Assembly: GCA_964572685.1 (NCBI GenBank)
Contig: CAZNFJ010000001.1
Span: forward strand, 7,838-71,837
Length of the DNA: 64,000 nt
Direction of reading: 5' to 3'
Source: an uncultured Legionellaceae bacterium
Lineage (GTDB): Bacteria; Pseudomonadota; Gammaproteobacteria; Legionellales; Legionellaceae
Below are positions 36,405 to 45,169 of this stretch, piece by piece. Every line of letters starts with the position of its first letter. Positions within the stretch are counted from its first letter, which is position 1. The translations under genes were made by a program, and so were the position numbers. Below the pieces are notes generated by a model. It had not been told where the DNA came from and did not search any database. It saw only the letters and a program-made list of their open reading frames with translations.

Positions 36405-39305
36405 ATGCCATTACGAATAGGCTATTTGCTTGTTTTATGCTTTTTTTGTTGTTTGGCTTATTCTCAAGTGCCACTAAGTACCGTATTATCTCTAGCCCCC
36501 CCTCCCACAGATGGTTCCCTGGTTTATTTGGCAAATATATTTGGTACTGTTGATGGCGTTCTTTCTTCCTCTGGTAGTCAGGTGTTTGGCCATTTAATGG
36601 GCGTTTTTAATTTAACCGTACTTGCTTTAGGTAGTATTGTTATCATGTACACGTTGATTGTGGGTACATTGAATACAGCCCATGAGGGAGAATTTTTAGG
36701 AAAACATTGGTCCTCTATTTGGCTTCCTGTGCGAGCGACAATCGGGATGACATTATTGGTTCCTAAAACCAGTGGTTTTTGCTTGATGCAAATTATTGTG
36801 ATGTGGGTGGTCGTGCAAGGTGTTGGTGCGGCAGACAAAGTTTGGAATGAAGCTTTGGATTATATGAATATGGGGGGGCAGCTGATTGCAAAGCAATCTA
36901 GTTCTGAGAGTATTTATAGTATTAACTCGGTTTCCAATCCAGCATACAATGGAGCAACGGCGCTATTAACGGGTCAAGTTTGTGCATACATGATGCAAAG
37001 GCAATTTGAAAAACTAAGAGAAGAATATTTATCTCTCGCCAATCCTGGGGATAATTCTGCCCCTTCGGGGCCTTGTGCTCCAAATGCCACAAAAACATCC
37101 TATATGAAAGATTTCTGCGATAATCCAGTACCTGACTTTTTAGGTGGTCTGAATGCCGTTCAGTTTGCGAATAATAATAGCAGAGCAACAACAACTCGCT
37201 CAACCATGCCTATTCCCTATTTTGATGCCAACGCATTTCCGTCATTTTATGTGACCTTGAGCGACAAATCTATTTGTGGTTCGGTGGCATGGGAAAACAT
37301 GAAATCAACATCGGAACAGGTGCAAGATTTTTTAAAGCTAACCGATTCTCAAGCTGAAAGTATAATAAAATCAAGAGCTATTGCCATACAACAAATGATT
37401 GAATTTTTACAACCCGTTGCACGTGCGATGGTCGATAACAATCCTGAGATTAATAAAAATTTAAGTTCAGCTGATACAGCGACACCTGTAGCATTTTCTC
37501 AATATGGTATTGCGCTCAATAATGACGGTGCTCCATGTTCCCAACAGGGCGGATGTTACACTTGGGGGACAGATACAAATAAATATTCTGTCCTATTTGC
37601 AGGAAATGAGTTTTATAATGCTTTGAATGCTTATGCAGGCGTTATGGAACCTATGCTGAATTTGAAAAATGAGAAATCGTTGTCAGATGCAAAAAAGTTT
37701 ATACAAGGTGCTAAGCAACAAGGCTGGATCTATGCCGGGGGGTATTTTTTTCAATTGATTCGTTTGTCAGGAAATCCAGTTCATTCTGCAACAATTGATA
37801 CGGAATCCGGTTTGGGGGATTCTTCTTTACCAGCGTTAAAGGCGTGTGAAGAAACAGACGGTGATAGTTCCATACTATGTAATACTTTTGGTAATCCAAC
37901 AGCTAACATTATCATTGATAATATTAGTAATATTATTTATGGGTCTGCAGTGAGTTCAAAAGCCGTATCATCTCCTTGCTCGGGAGGAATGAAGTATACT
38001 TATTCAGATAAAGTAACGGCTTATGGTTATGTTTCTGTTGATGCAAGTAATAGCGGTAATGGTAATATACATCATTTTCAAAATATAAATTGTTCTTCAA
38101 CAACATTGGGATTTATCGGGAATACCTTTTTTTTGAGTAACCCAGGACAACCCGACATGAAGATTCCCCCGTTAATCTTTCCAGAGTTTCATCCATATAC
38201 CCCAATAAAAACACCTAAATTTAGGAAGCCTAAATGTAGAACGAAACCATTTTGTCCAGGAATTATTACAGAAGGAATACAATCTGTGATTAGTTATGTT
38301 CTTTCTTTTGTGGTACAAGCTATTTGGTATGCAATCGTCACTTTTTTATCTTCAGCTATTGAAGGAATGTTGGGTAATGTGTGGCAAGCTTTTTCTGTTG
38401 CATTGGATCAGTTACGTGATATGAGTCTAAATCCTATAGTGAATTTAGCCAATGTTGGCGCAGTATTTATTCAAGCGGGAGGTGAAATCATTGTTTTAAT
38501 TATAATTGCAGGTGCGATTGCTATGATGAATGTATATGCTGCTGCAGCCATGGGCTTTATTTTGGCAGTTGCATTGCCCTTTGTTTTGGTATGGGTGATT
38601 TTCTTTTTTACAATTGGGTTCGTTGCTGCGTATTATATTCCTCTATATCCGTATATGATATTTTTATTTGGAAGCATAGCTTGGTTGATGTCCGTCATTG
38701 AAGCCATGGTGGCTGCTCCCATTGTTGCTTTAGGTATCATGTCGCCTGAAGGAGAAGGAATTCTTGGAAAAAGTGAAACAGGCATGATGATTTTAGTGAA
38801 TGTCTTTTTGCGACCTTCAATGATGATCATTGGTTTTATCATGGCGATTGTTTTAACCTATGTTGCGGTATGGATTATAAATTTTCAATACGATATCGTT
38901 GCTAAGTATCTATTGGATTATTCTTCAAGTGGCTCAGTAGCAGCACAAGCGGGTGTGAACTTTAAAACCAATTTTTTTGCTCAGGTTTTTGGATTTGGTT
39001 CTTATATTAGTATTTATGTGAGTATATATCTGACTGTGGCACAAAAGTCATTTGGCTTGATTTTCCAATTGCCCGATAAAGTTTTGCGGTGGATTGGTGC
39101 TCAACAGGAGTCTTTGGGCCAAGAGGTCCAACATTGGGCAGATGAATCCAAACAAAAAACCGAACAAATAGCCGGTCAAGTGGAACAAAAAATGGGTACA
39201 GCTACTTCTGCTCTTAAAGAAAACATGGGTGGTGAAAAAGGTCAAGAAGGCAAACAGTCGGGTAGTGTTGGAGGCGGCGGAGGCGGCGGAGGCGGCGGAG
39301 GTTAA
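36405..39305 (+). CDS. dotA: Second full-length DotA paralogue (copy 2), with C-terminal poly-Gly tail
   Basis: 966 aa, collinear with copy 1. 98/139 residues are identical in the ungapped N-terminal block by hand count, and the C-terminal TM blocks and LPDKVLRWIG are conserved. It has its own RBS (AGGAG) and ATG, and ends in 11 Gly. Confidence 0.85.
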   Translation: MPLRIGYLLVLCFFCCLAYSQVPLSTVLSLAPPPTDGSLVYLANIFGTVDGVLSSSGSQVFGHLMGVFNLTVLALGSIVIMYTLIVGTLNTAHEGEFLGKHWSSIWLPVRATIGMTLLVPKTSGFCLMQIIVMWVVVQGVGAADKVWNEALDYMNMGGQLIAKQSSSESIYSINSVSNPAYNGATALLTGQVCAYMMQRQFEKLREEYLSLANPGDNSAPSGPCAPNATKTSYMKDFCDNPVPDFLGGLNAVQFANNNSRATTTRSTMPIPYFDANAFPSFYVTLSDKSICGSVAWENMKSTSEQVQDFLKLTDSQAESIIKSRAIAIQQMIEFLQPVARAMVDNNPEINKNLSSADTATPVAFSQYGIALNNDGAPCSQQGGCYTWGTDTNKYSVLFAGNEFYNALNAYAGVMEPMLNLKNEKSLSDAKKFIQGAKQQGWIYAGGYFFQLIRLSGNPVHSATIDTESGLGDSSLPALKACEETDGDSSILCNTFGNPTANIIIDNISNIIYGSAVSSKAVSSPCSGGMKYTYSDKVTAYGYVSVDASNSGNGNIHHFQNINCSSTTLGFIGNTFFLSNPGQPDMKIPPLIFPEFHPYTPIKTPKFRKPKCRTKPFCPGIITEGIQSVISYVLSFVVQAIWYAIVTFLSSAIEGMLGNVWQAFSVALDQLRDMSLNPIVNLANVGAVFIQAGGEIIVLIIIAGAIAMMNVYAAAAMGFILAVALPFVLVWVIFFFTIGFVAAYYIPLYPYMIFLFGSIAWLMSVIEAMVAAPIVALGIMSPEGEGILGKSETGMMILVNVFLRPSMMIIGFIMAIVLTYVAVWIINFQYDIVAKYLLDYSSSGSVAAQAGVNFKTNFFAQVFGFGSYISIYVSIYLTVAQKSFGLIFQLPDKVLRWIGAQQESLGQEVQHWADESKQKTEQIAGQVEQKMGTATSALKENMGGEKGQEGKQSGSVGGGGGGGGGGG
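39270..39301 (+). repeat. 9-bp tandem repeat (GGAGGCGGC)x3 + GGAGG encoding the poly-Gly tail of DotA copy 2
   Basis: Read directly: gga ggc ggc gga ggc ggc gga ggc ggc gga gg. An almost pure-GC 32-nt island in an AT-rich genome, abutting the convergent dotB stop. Confidence 0.9.
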
Positions 39306-40426
39306 TTGTTTTCCTGATGCGTGCCTAAGGTAATCAATTTATAGGTTTTTTCGCTGATGATCCCTGCTTCATATTTATCTTTAGCATCTTTTGTCATCAA
39401 TTGACCCTGTTCTCGAACCAGTCTTCGAGTTGCTGAGGTGATATCATGAGGATCACTTTCTAAAAGAATATCTCGAATCTTTTCATCGAATACCAGGTAC
39501 TCCCGAAGCGCAACTCGTTTACCTTCAATCGTTGGTACTAATTTTTGCCATATGCATAAACGAATAGTCTCCAGAATATCAATCGTTCTGCCTAATCGTT
39601 CATCTTTGGAAAAAGAGGTCACCAGACGACGCATGGTTTCTGCTACACCCGAGGTATGTAATGTGGTGTAAACAGGATGTCCAGTCAACGCTGCCTCGAG
39701 AGCAGCACTGATGGTTTCAGAATCTCGACATTCACCTACCATAATTAAACGAGGTTTACGTCTTAGGGCATTTCGAATACCTTCGGCAAAGTTTGGTATG
39801 TGTCTTGGAATTTCAGATTGACTGACAATCGCTGAAGTGGTATTAATTTCATCAAATACAAATTCAATCGGCGATTCATAGGTTAAAACCTTACGATTGG
39901 AATCTTCCTGTTCGATGAGTTCCCGAATAATTGATGCCAATAAAGTGGATTTACCTGAGCCTGTCGCTCCCGTTACAAAAACAATCCCTTCTTGTGGGGC
40001 TAATGCTTTAATGACATCAGGGGGTAGATCCATGGTATCCAAGCGCGGTGGCGTTGTAGGAATGGTTCTCAATGTAATTTGAATACCATCATGACCTTCG
40101 ACAAGACATGCTGTCGCATTGACTCGAAAACGAAAACGTTCTCCTCGTGTCGGTCTGAATTCATAATGAGTATCAATATCTTTTCCAGATAGAAGTTGTG
40201 TAGCTGCATTGGGCCCATAAATGGCATTGATCATATCACTGACTTCTGAATTGGAGAGGTGGCGTGAGGTGATTTGAATCAAACGACCATAAATCTCTGC
40301 CATGATCGGCGCGCCGGTTTGAACGGTGACATCTGAGGCTTGCAAGCCTGTTGTAAATTCGAGCATCTTATCCATGTTGAGACTAGTAAAACGAGGAGGT
40401 TCATTAGGGAATTGCATGAAGGTCAT
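39302..40426 (-). CDS. dotB: Dot/Icm T4BSS ATPase DotB (PilT/VirB11-like)
   Basis: Walker A GATGSGKST, Asp box, Walker B/His box (LIMVGECRD, TGHPVYTTLHT). Upstream genes are dotC and dotD. Confidence 0.95.
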   Translation of the reverse strand: MTFMQFPNEPPRFTSLNMDKMLEFTTGLQASDVTVQTGAPIMAEIYGRLIQITSRHLSNSEVSDMINAIYGPNAATQLLSGKDIDTHYEFRPTRGERFRFRVNATACLVEGHDGIQITLRTIPTTPPRLDTMDLPPDVIKALAPQEGIVFVTGATGSGKSTLLASIIRELIEQEDSNRKVLTYESPIEFVFDEINTTSAIVSQSEIPRHIPNFAEGIRNALRRKPRLIMVGECRDSETISAALEAALTGHPVYTTLHTSGVAETMRRLVTSFSKDERLGRTIDILETIRLCIWQKLVPTIEGKRVALREYLVFDEKIRDILLESDPHDITSATRRLVREQGQLMTKDAKDKYEAGIISEKTYKLITLGTHQENN

Positions 40427-41361
40427 CGTTCATCCACCGTACCGATTACTGGCTGCCAGGTATTACTGGAAATCGTGATTTTGGCTTGATTTATTTTAGC
40501 TTCCAGCTTGGTAAATTTAGAAATCGCTTCTTCATCTTTATCTAGTGCTGCGTGCCATTCGTTGGGATTGATATTTAAAGCTGGAAGAGCTGTAATTCTT
40601 AAGACACGATCATCAATGTGCATCTCTTCAGCATCACCAGTTACACCCAAATCGGTATGAGAAATAAACGGGGGAGAAACCATATTCATCGCCAATAATT
40701 TTCGATATAAAATCATGCCATTGAAATCTTGTTTAATGCGAGCAATACTTTCTTCTAAAATGGTATTGGCTTGTTCGACACCCTGTTGCCAGCCTCGAGC
40801 AACATAAGTTTTCCAAACAGCTGCCTCTGCTTTATTGGTCGGTAATAGACTGGGATGGGGAGGCTCAGGTGATTCATAATCCATCCACAAATATTCGCGC
40901 CAGTTAGGAGCTGTTGTGATGAAATGAGCTTGCTTGTAAACACGATACATTCGATTGGATACTCGAATGGTTTGCAAATCATCTAAATTAAAGGTATTGC
41001 GCCCCTCTAAAAGAACTGGTGGCATGACATTTTGTTCTAAGATTAAGGCATTAAAATCATAGATTTTATCAAGATAGCGCTGTTGAGTAACCAATTCATT
41101 ATCAATTTCCTTGGCGCGTACTGCCAATCCTGTTTGAGCACCCACACTAAGAGCGGTATCCTTAATAGCCGTTTCACGAATTTTATTCATGGACTCTTGC
41201 TTAGATTTGGCTAATTTTTTCTTATTGCTCATCGCCATTAATGACTCGAGCGTAGGGCTTGCATCGTTGTCATCAACGACACGAACTCTTTGTGTGGCGC
41301 AACCCGAAATGAGCAATGCCAGAAAAAAAATCTTGAGATGTTTACCCGTAAAATTTGACAT
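40423..41361 (-). CDS. dotC: Dot/Icm T4BSS outer-membrane lipoprotein DotC
   Basis: Lipobox LISGC, 312 aa, position between dotD and dotB. Confidence 0.85.
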   Translation of the reverse strand: MSNFTGKHLKIFFLALLISGCATQRVRVVDDNDASPTLESLMAMSNKKKLAKSKQESMNKIRETAIKDTALSVGAQTGLAVRAKEIDNELVTQQRYLDKIYDFNALILEQNVMPPVLLEGRNTFNLDDLQTIRVSNRMYRVYKQAHFITTAPNWREYLWMDYESPEPPHPSLLPTNKAEAAVWKTYVARGWQQGVEQANTILEESIARIKQDFNGMILYRKLLAMNMVSPPFISHTDLGVTGDAEEMHIDDRVLRITALPALNINPNEWHAALDKDEEAISKFTKLEAKINQAKITISSNTWQPVIGTVDER

Positions 41362-41836
41362 ATCTTAATTCTATAACCTGATTTCGAGGATATACATGAA
41401 TGCTTGCGCGATTCCCAGCTTGATAATCAATATTTCTTAATATTTCTGCTAAACTTTGGTCTTTGACATTCATATTAATTAATAGGGGGACGGTAGGTGG
41501 ATGTCCGAGAATTCGTAAGCGATAGTGAGCTGCGTGGGCGACACGTTTGATTAATTCTTCAATGGGACCTACCCAATCAATCGATGCACGTGTTTGTAGA
41601 TTATAAGAGCTTGGAATATTAATACGGTTATCAACATCTTTAGGTAACAAAACTTTTTCAATTTTTGCCATTTCCAGCATGGAGTTGCTAATCGAATGGG
41701 CTGCTTCTGCCAATTTTATACTGGCATCGTCACTTGGTGCATTGATCGGTGGTCTTTTTTGCATTGGCGTGGTACAAGCATAAAGTAGCCAAGTAAGAGA
41801 CACCACCAAAATGGACTTTAGCGCATTGTTTTTCAT
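41342..41836 (-). CDS. dotD: Dot/Icm T4BSS outer-membrane lipoprotein DotD
   Basis: Lipobox LLYAC, 164 aa, first gene of the dotDCB operon. Confidence 0.85.
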   Translation of the reverse strand: MKNNALKSILVVSLTWLLYACTTPMQKRPPINAPSDDASIKLAEAAHSISNSMLEMAKIEKVLLPKDVDNRINIPSSYNLQTRASIDWVGPIEELIKRVAHAAHYRLRILGHPPTVPLLINMNVKDQSLAEILRNIDYQAGNRASIHVYPRNQVIELRYVKFYG

Positions 41837-41891
41837 AATTCATTTTTTGATAAGCAGATAGTAATGATTGAATCAGTTGCTTAGTCTAATG

Positions 41892-42449
41892 TCAAGATTT
41901 CGTGTGGAGTATTTCATAAATTGAATAATAAACATCTCCCATTTTGTTGTGTTTTCTGACGGACCATTCTTCCGGATTTAAATGAATAGGAGAAGGAGAT
42001 TCTAGATAGATGAGTCCTTGGGGATTCAATAATTGTTTTTGGGTAATACGGTTTATACATTCTTTCCATAAATCCAATTGGAAGGGCGGGTCAATAAATA
42101 TCACATCAAATTTTTGCTGGCAGGATTCAAGGAAAGCACAAGTGTCTTGATGAATCAGTTTGGCATGAGTGGTTTTGAGCGCTTGTAGTGTTTTTTGAAG
42201 TTGTTGATAAGCCTTAAGATCCTTTTCTATGAATATAGCCTCTTCTGCGCCTCTTGATAAAGCTTCAATACCTAAAGCGCCAGAGCCTGCAAAAGCATCC
42301 AGACATTTAGCTCCTTTAATATCAAATTGTAAAACATTAAACAAGCTCTCTCGTAATCGATTGGAGGTTGGGCGTAAATTATCGACATTCAAAACCTTTA
42401 TTTTTTTACCTTTATAGAGGCCTCTAATAATTCGAATTTCACCAATCAT
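41892..42449 (-). CDS. rsmD: 16S rRNA (guanine966-N2)-methyltransferase RsmD
   Basis: MIGEIRIIRGLYKGKKI...RPTSNRLRESLFN, SAM motif DAFAGSGALGIEALSRGA, DPPF. Divergent from ftsY as in E. coli (yhhF). The track ORF is over-extended. Confidence 0.85.
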   Translation of the reverse strand: MIGEIRIIRGLYKGKKIKVLNVDNLRPTSNRLRESLFNVLQFDIKGAKCLDAFAGSGALGIEALSRGAEEAIFIEKDLKAYQQLQKTLQALKTTHAKLIHQDTCAFLESCQQKFDVIFIDPPFQLDLWKECINRITQKQLLNPQGLIYLESPSPIHLNPEEWSVRKHNKMGDVYYSIYEILHTKS

Positions 42450-42583
42450 GGCATTCCTTAACATCTTTAGATAGATGTATATTATAAAATAGGGGACGCT
42501 GACTGACAATCCACATGTGTGTTAGAATTGAGAATCAAAAAAATAATGGTAAAATAGCTTTTTTATATAATGGATGTTTAAAC

Positions 42584-43561
42584 GTGCGAAATTGGTTTAA
42601 GAAAAAACAACCTGACGAATCTTTGTCTTTAGTTGAAGACGCTATAGCCGATACATCCTGGCAGCGTTTTAAAAATAGTCTGCGAAAAACACGCCAACAA
42701 GTTTCATCAGGCTTTTTGAAATTTTTTAAAAAAGATCAAGTGCTTGATGAAGATTATTGGGAAGAATTGGAAGCGGTTTTAATTACGGCTGATTTTGGCT
42801 TGGCGACAACTCAAAAAATTATTGATTATCTTAAAAGTTTGGCCAAGCAACGTTCTGAAATGGATGGAGAAGCGATTAAAGCGCATTTAAGTGATTATTT
42901 GGTGAGTTTATTGCAACCGATTTCTCAACCTTTTTCTCGGGGTATTGAACATCAACCGCATGTGATTTTAATGGTTGGTATCAATGGTGTAGGCAAAACT
43001 ACGACATTAGCAAAATTAGGTGCGGTGTTTAAAAAAGAGTGTCGTGTTATGATGGCCGCCGGTGATACTTTTAGAGCCGCAGCCATTGAACAATTACAGC
43101 TCTGGGGGCAGCGAGAAGATATTCCGGTGATCGCCCAAACCAGTGGCGCAGATAGTGCAGCCGTTATTTTTGATGCTTTACAAGCAGCAAGATCTCGTGG
43201 TATTGATGTTTTATTAGCAGATACGGCAGGGCGTTTACATACCCAGTCACATTTGTTGCAAGAATTGCAGAAAATTACACGAGTATTGAAGAAGTTAGAT
43301 GCCAGTGCACCACATGATATTGTGATGGTATTGGATGCGAGTATTGGTCAGAATGCCTTGTTACAAGTCAAGCAATTTCATGAGGCTTTGGGTCTGACAG
43401 GTTTGGTGGTCACCAAACTGGATGGAACAGCCAAGGGAGGGATTTTGTTTGCCATTGCTTCTGAATTCAAAATACCATGTTATTTTATTGGTATTGGGGA
43501 AGGCGTAGATGATTTACGTCCTTTTGATCCACAATCATTCGTTCAGGCCATATTAACATGA
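42584..43561 (+). CDS. ftsY: Signal recognition particle receptor FtsY
   Basis: NG domain motifs GINGVGKTTTLAKL, DTAGRLH, TKLDGTAKGG. The start is uncertain (GTG 42584 proposed; track start 42515). Confidence 0.9.
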   Translation: MRNWFKKKQPDESLSLVEDAIADTSWQRFKNSLRKTRQQVSSGFLKFFKKDQVLDEDYWEELEAVLITADFGLATTQKIIDYLKSLAKQRSEMDGEAIKAHLSDYLVSLLQPISQPFSRGIEHQPHVILMVGINGVGKTTTLAKLGAVFKKECRVMMAAGDTFRAAAIEQLQLWGQREDIPVIAQTSGADSAAVIFDALQAARSRGIDVLLADTAGRLHTQSHLLQELQKITRVLKKLDASAPHDIVMVLDASIGQNALLQVKQFHEALGLTGLVVTKLDGTAKGGILFAIASEFKIPCYFIGIGEGVDDLRPFDPQSFVQAILT

Positions 43562-44208
43562 TCATATTCAATCAAGTAACGAAACGTTATACGGGTGGTT
43601 ATGAAGCTTTAAGTCAAATCAATTTTCGAATGGATTCGAAAGAAATGGTTTTTTTAACGGGCCATTCAGGCGCGGGAAAAAGTAGTTTATTAAAATTATT
43701 GGCGATGTTGGAATCTCCAACATCGGGTGAGATCATTGTGAATGATCAGCCCTTGAATATGCTTAAGAAAAGTCAGGTGGCGCAATATCGTTCACAGTTA
43801 GGGATTACCTTTCAGTCACCACATTTATTGAATCATCGAACGGTTTTTGATAATGTTGCACTTCCTTTAATGATTAAAGGCGAGCAAGATGCTTTTGTTG
43901 CAAAACGCGTACAAGCGGCTTTGGATATGGTTGGTCTTTTAAATAAACAAAAAATGTTGCCTATCCATTTATCTTGTGGTGAACAACAACGTGTCGGCAT
44001 TGCACGAGCGGTGGTTCATAAACCTTCTTTGTTACTTGCAGATGAACCAACAGGGAATCTTGATCCTGAATTATCATCTGAAATCATGTCAGTCTTTTCT
44101 CAATTGAATCAGGTTGGAGTGACCATTATGATTGCTACGCATGATTTACCCTTGATTGCTAGTATGAAGCATCGCATGATTCAGTTAAAAGGGGGCCGGT
44201 TATGTTAA
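43558..44208 (+). CDS. ftsE: Cell-division ABC transporter ATP-binding protein FtsE
   Basis: Walker A GHSGAGKSS, signature LSCGEQQR, Walker B LLLADEPTGNLD. Confidence 0.95.
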   Translation: MIIFNQVTKRYTGGYEALSQINFRMDSKEMVFLTGHSGAGKSSLLKLLAMLESPTSGEIIVNDQPLNMLKKSQVAQYRSQLGITFQSPHLLNHRTVFDNVALPLMIKGEQDAFVAKRVQAALDMVGLLNKQKMLPIHLSCGEQQRVGIARAVVHKPSLLLADEPTGNLDPELSSEIMSVFSQLNQVGVTIMIATHDLPLIASMKHRMIQLKGGRLC

Positions 44209-45122
44209 TCAATAAATGGTTTTTTTATCAAAAACAAGCGTTAAAAAGTTGTTTTTTGCATTTAAAATCTCAGCCGATTTTGACCATCATTACCAGTATG
44301 ATGATAGGTTTTATTTTAACCTGGCCAACTTTTTTATGGGTATTGTCGCTGCAAACTAAATCAATGATCACCGATTGGCAGAAACATGCTTATTTTAGTT
44401 TTTATGTTCCCTCTTCCTTAGATCTAATGACTCGAAAGGATATTATTACGCGTTTGCAGGCAACTGAAAACGTGCAATCTGTACGCGTGATTTCTCCAGA
44501 AGATTCTTTGAAAAAATTATTGGATCAAGATGAAGAAAATCTACTACAACAAGCTGGGATGCATAATCCCTTACCTTATGTGCTGGAGGTTTATCCTAAT
44601 CCACAAGTACTTAATCAAGGTGCTTTATCGAATTTTTACGAATCCTTGTCTACCATCCCGTATTTGGAATCTGCTAAGAATGATCTGGGCTGGTTTGAGC
44701 GTTTATCTGCATTTGAACGTTTTTTAACTCATTTTTCGATATTATTGCTTGGGATATTATTATTAGGCGTGACGTTTTTAGTGTCTAATACGTTGCGAAT
44801 GGTTATTCATTCTCATTATGATGAAATTCAAATTTTAAAACTGATTGGAGCCTCTCAAAGATTTATTTTGAGACCTTTTCTTTATGCAGGTGCATTTTAT
44901 GGTTTATTGGGTTCGATAGTTGCCATTTTATCTGTTGATATATTAATGAGTTTAATGCAAGATTATTTTCGGCCATTGGCTATGCTTTATAATTATGTAG
45001 GCCAAATACCTTTAATGAGTTTCTTGCAAGTTTTATGTGTATCAGGTATTGCTGTATTTTTGGGTTGGGTGGCAGCGTGGGTTTTTGTTCGATATTATTT
45101 GAATGCTATTGAACCTGTTTAG
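44202..45122 (+). CDS. ftsX: Cell-division ABC transporter permease FtsX
   Basis: Four-TM FtsX-like permease immediately after ftsE. Confidence 0.9.
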   Translation: MLINKWFFYQKQALKSCFLHLKSQPILTIITSMMIGFILTWPTFLWVLSLQTKSMITDWQKHAYFSFYVPSSLDLMTRKDIITRLQATENVQSVRVISPEDSLKKLLDQDEENLLQQAGMHNPLPYVLEVYPNPQVLNQGALSNFYESLSTIPYLESAKNDLGWFERLSAFERFLTHFSILLLGILLLGVTFLVSNTLRMVIHSHYDEIQILKLIGASQRFILRPFLYAGAFYGLLGSIVAILSVDILMSLMQDYFRPLAMLYNYVGQIPLMSFLQVLCVSGIAVFLGWVAAWVFVRYYLNAIEPV

Positions 45123-45169
45123 CATAGCATGGTATAATTTTCAGTCACACGGTATATAAAGAGGAACAT

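Noticed and set aside
36314-36553. 79-aa ORF bridging the dotA / dotA-copy-2 junction
   Set aside because: It has a GTG start overlapping the dotA stop and runs out of frame across the first 50 codons of copy 2. Copy 2 has a proper RBS and ATG and an N-terminus homologous to copy 1. The hydrophobic translation is a by-product of the T-rich signal-peptide region.
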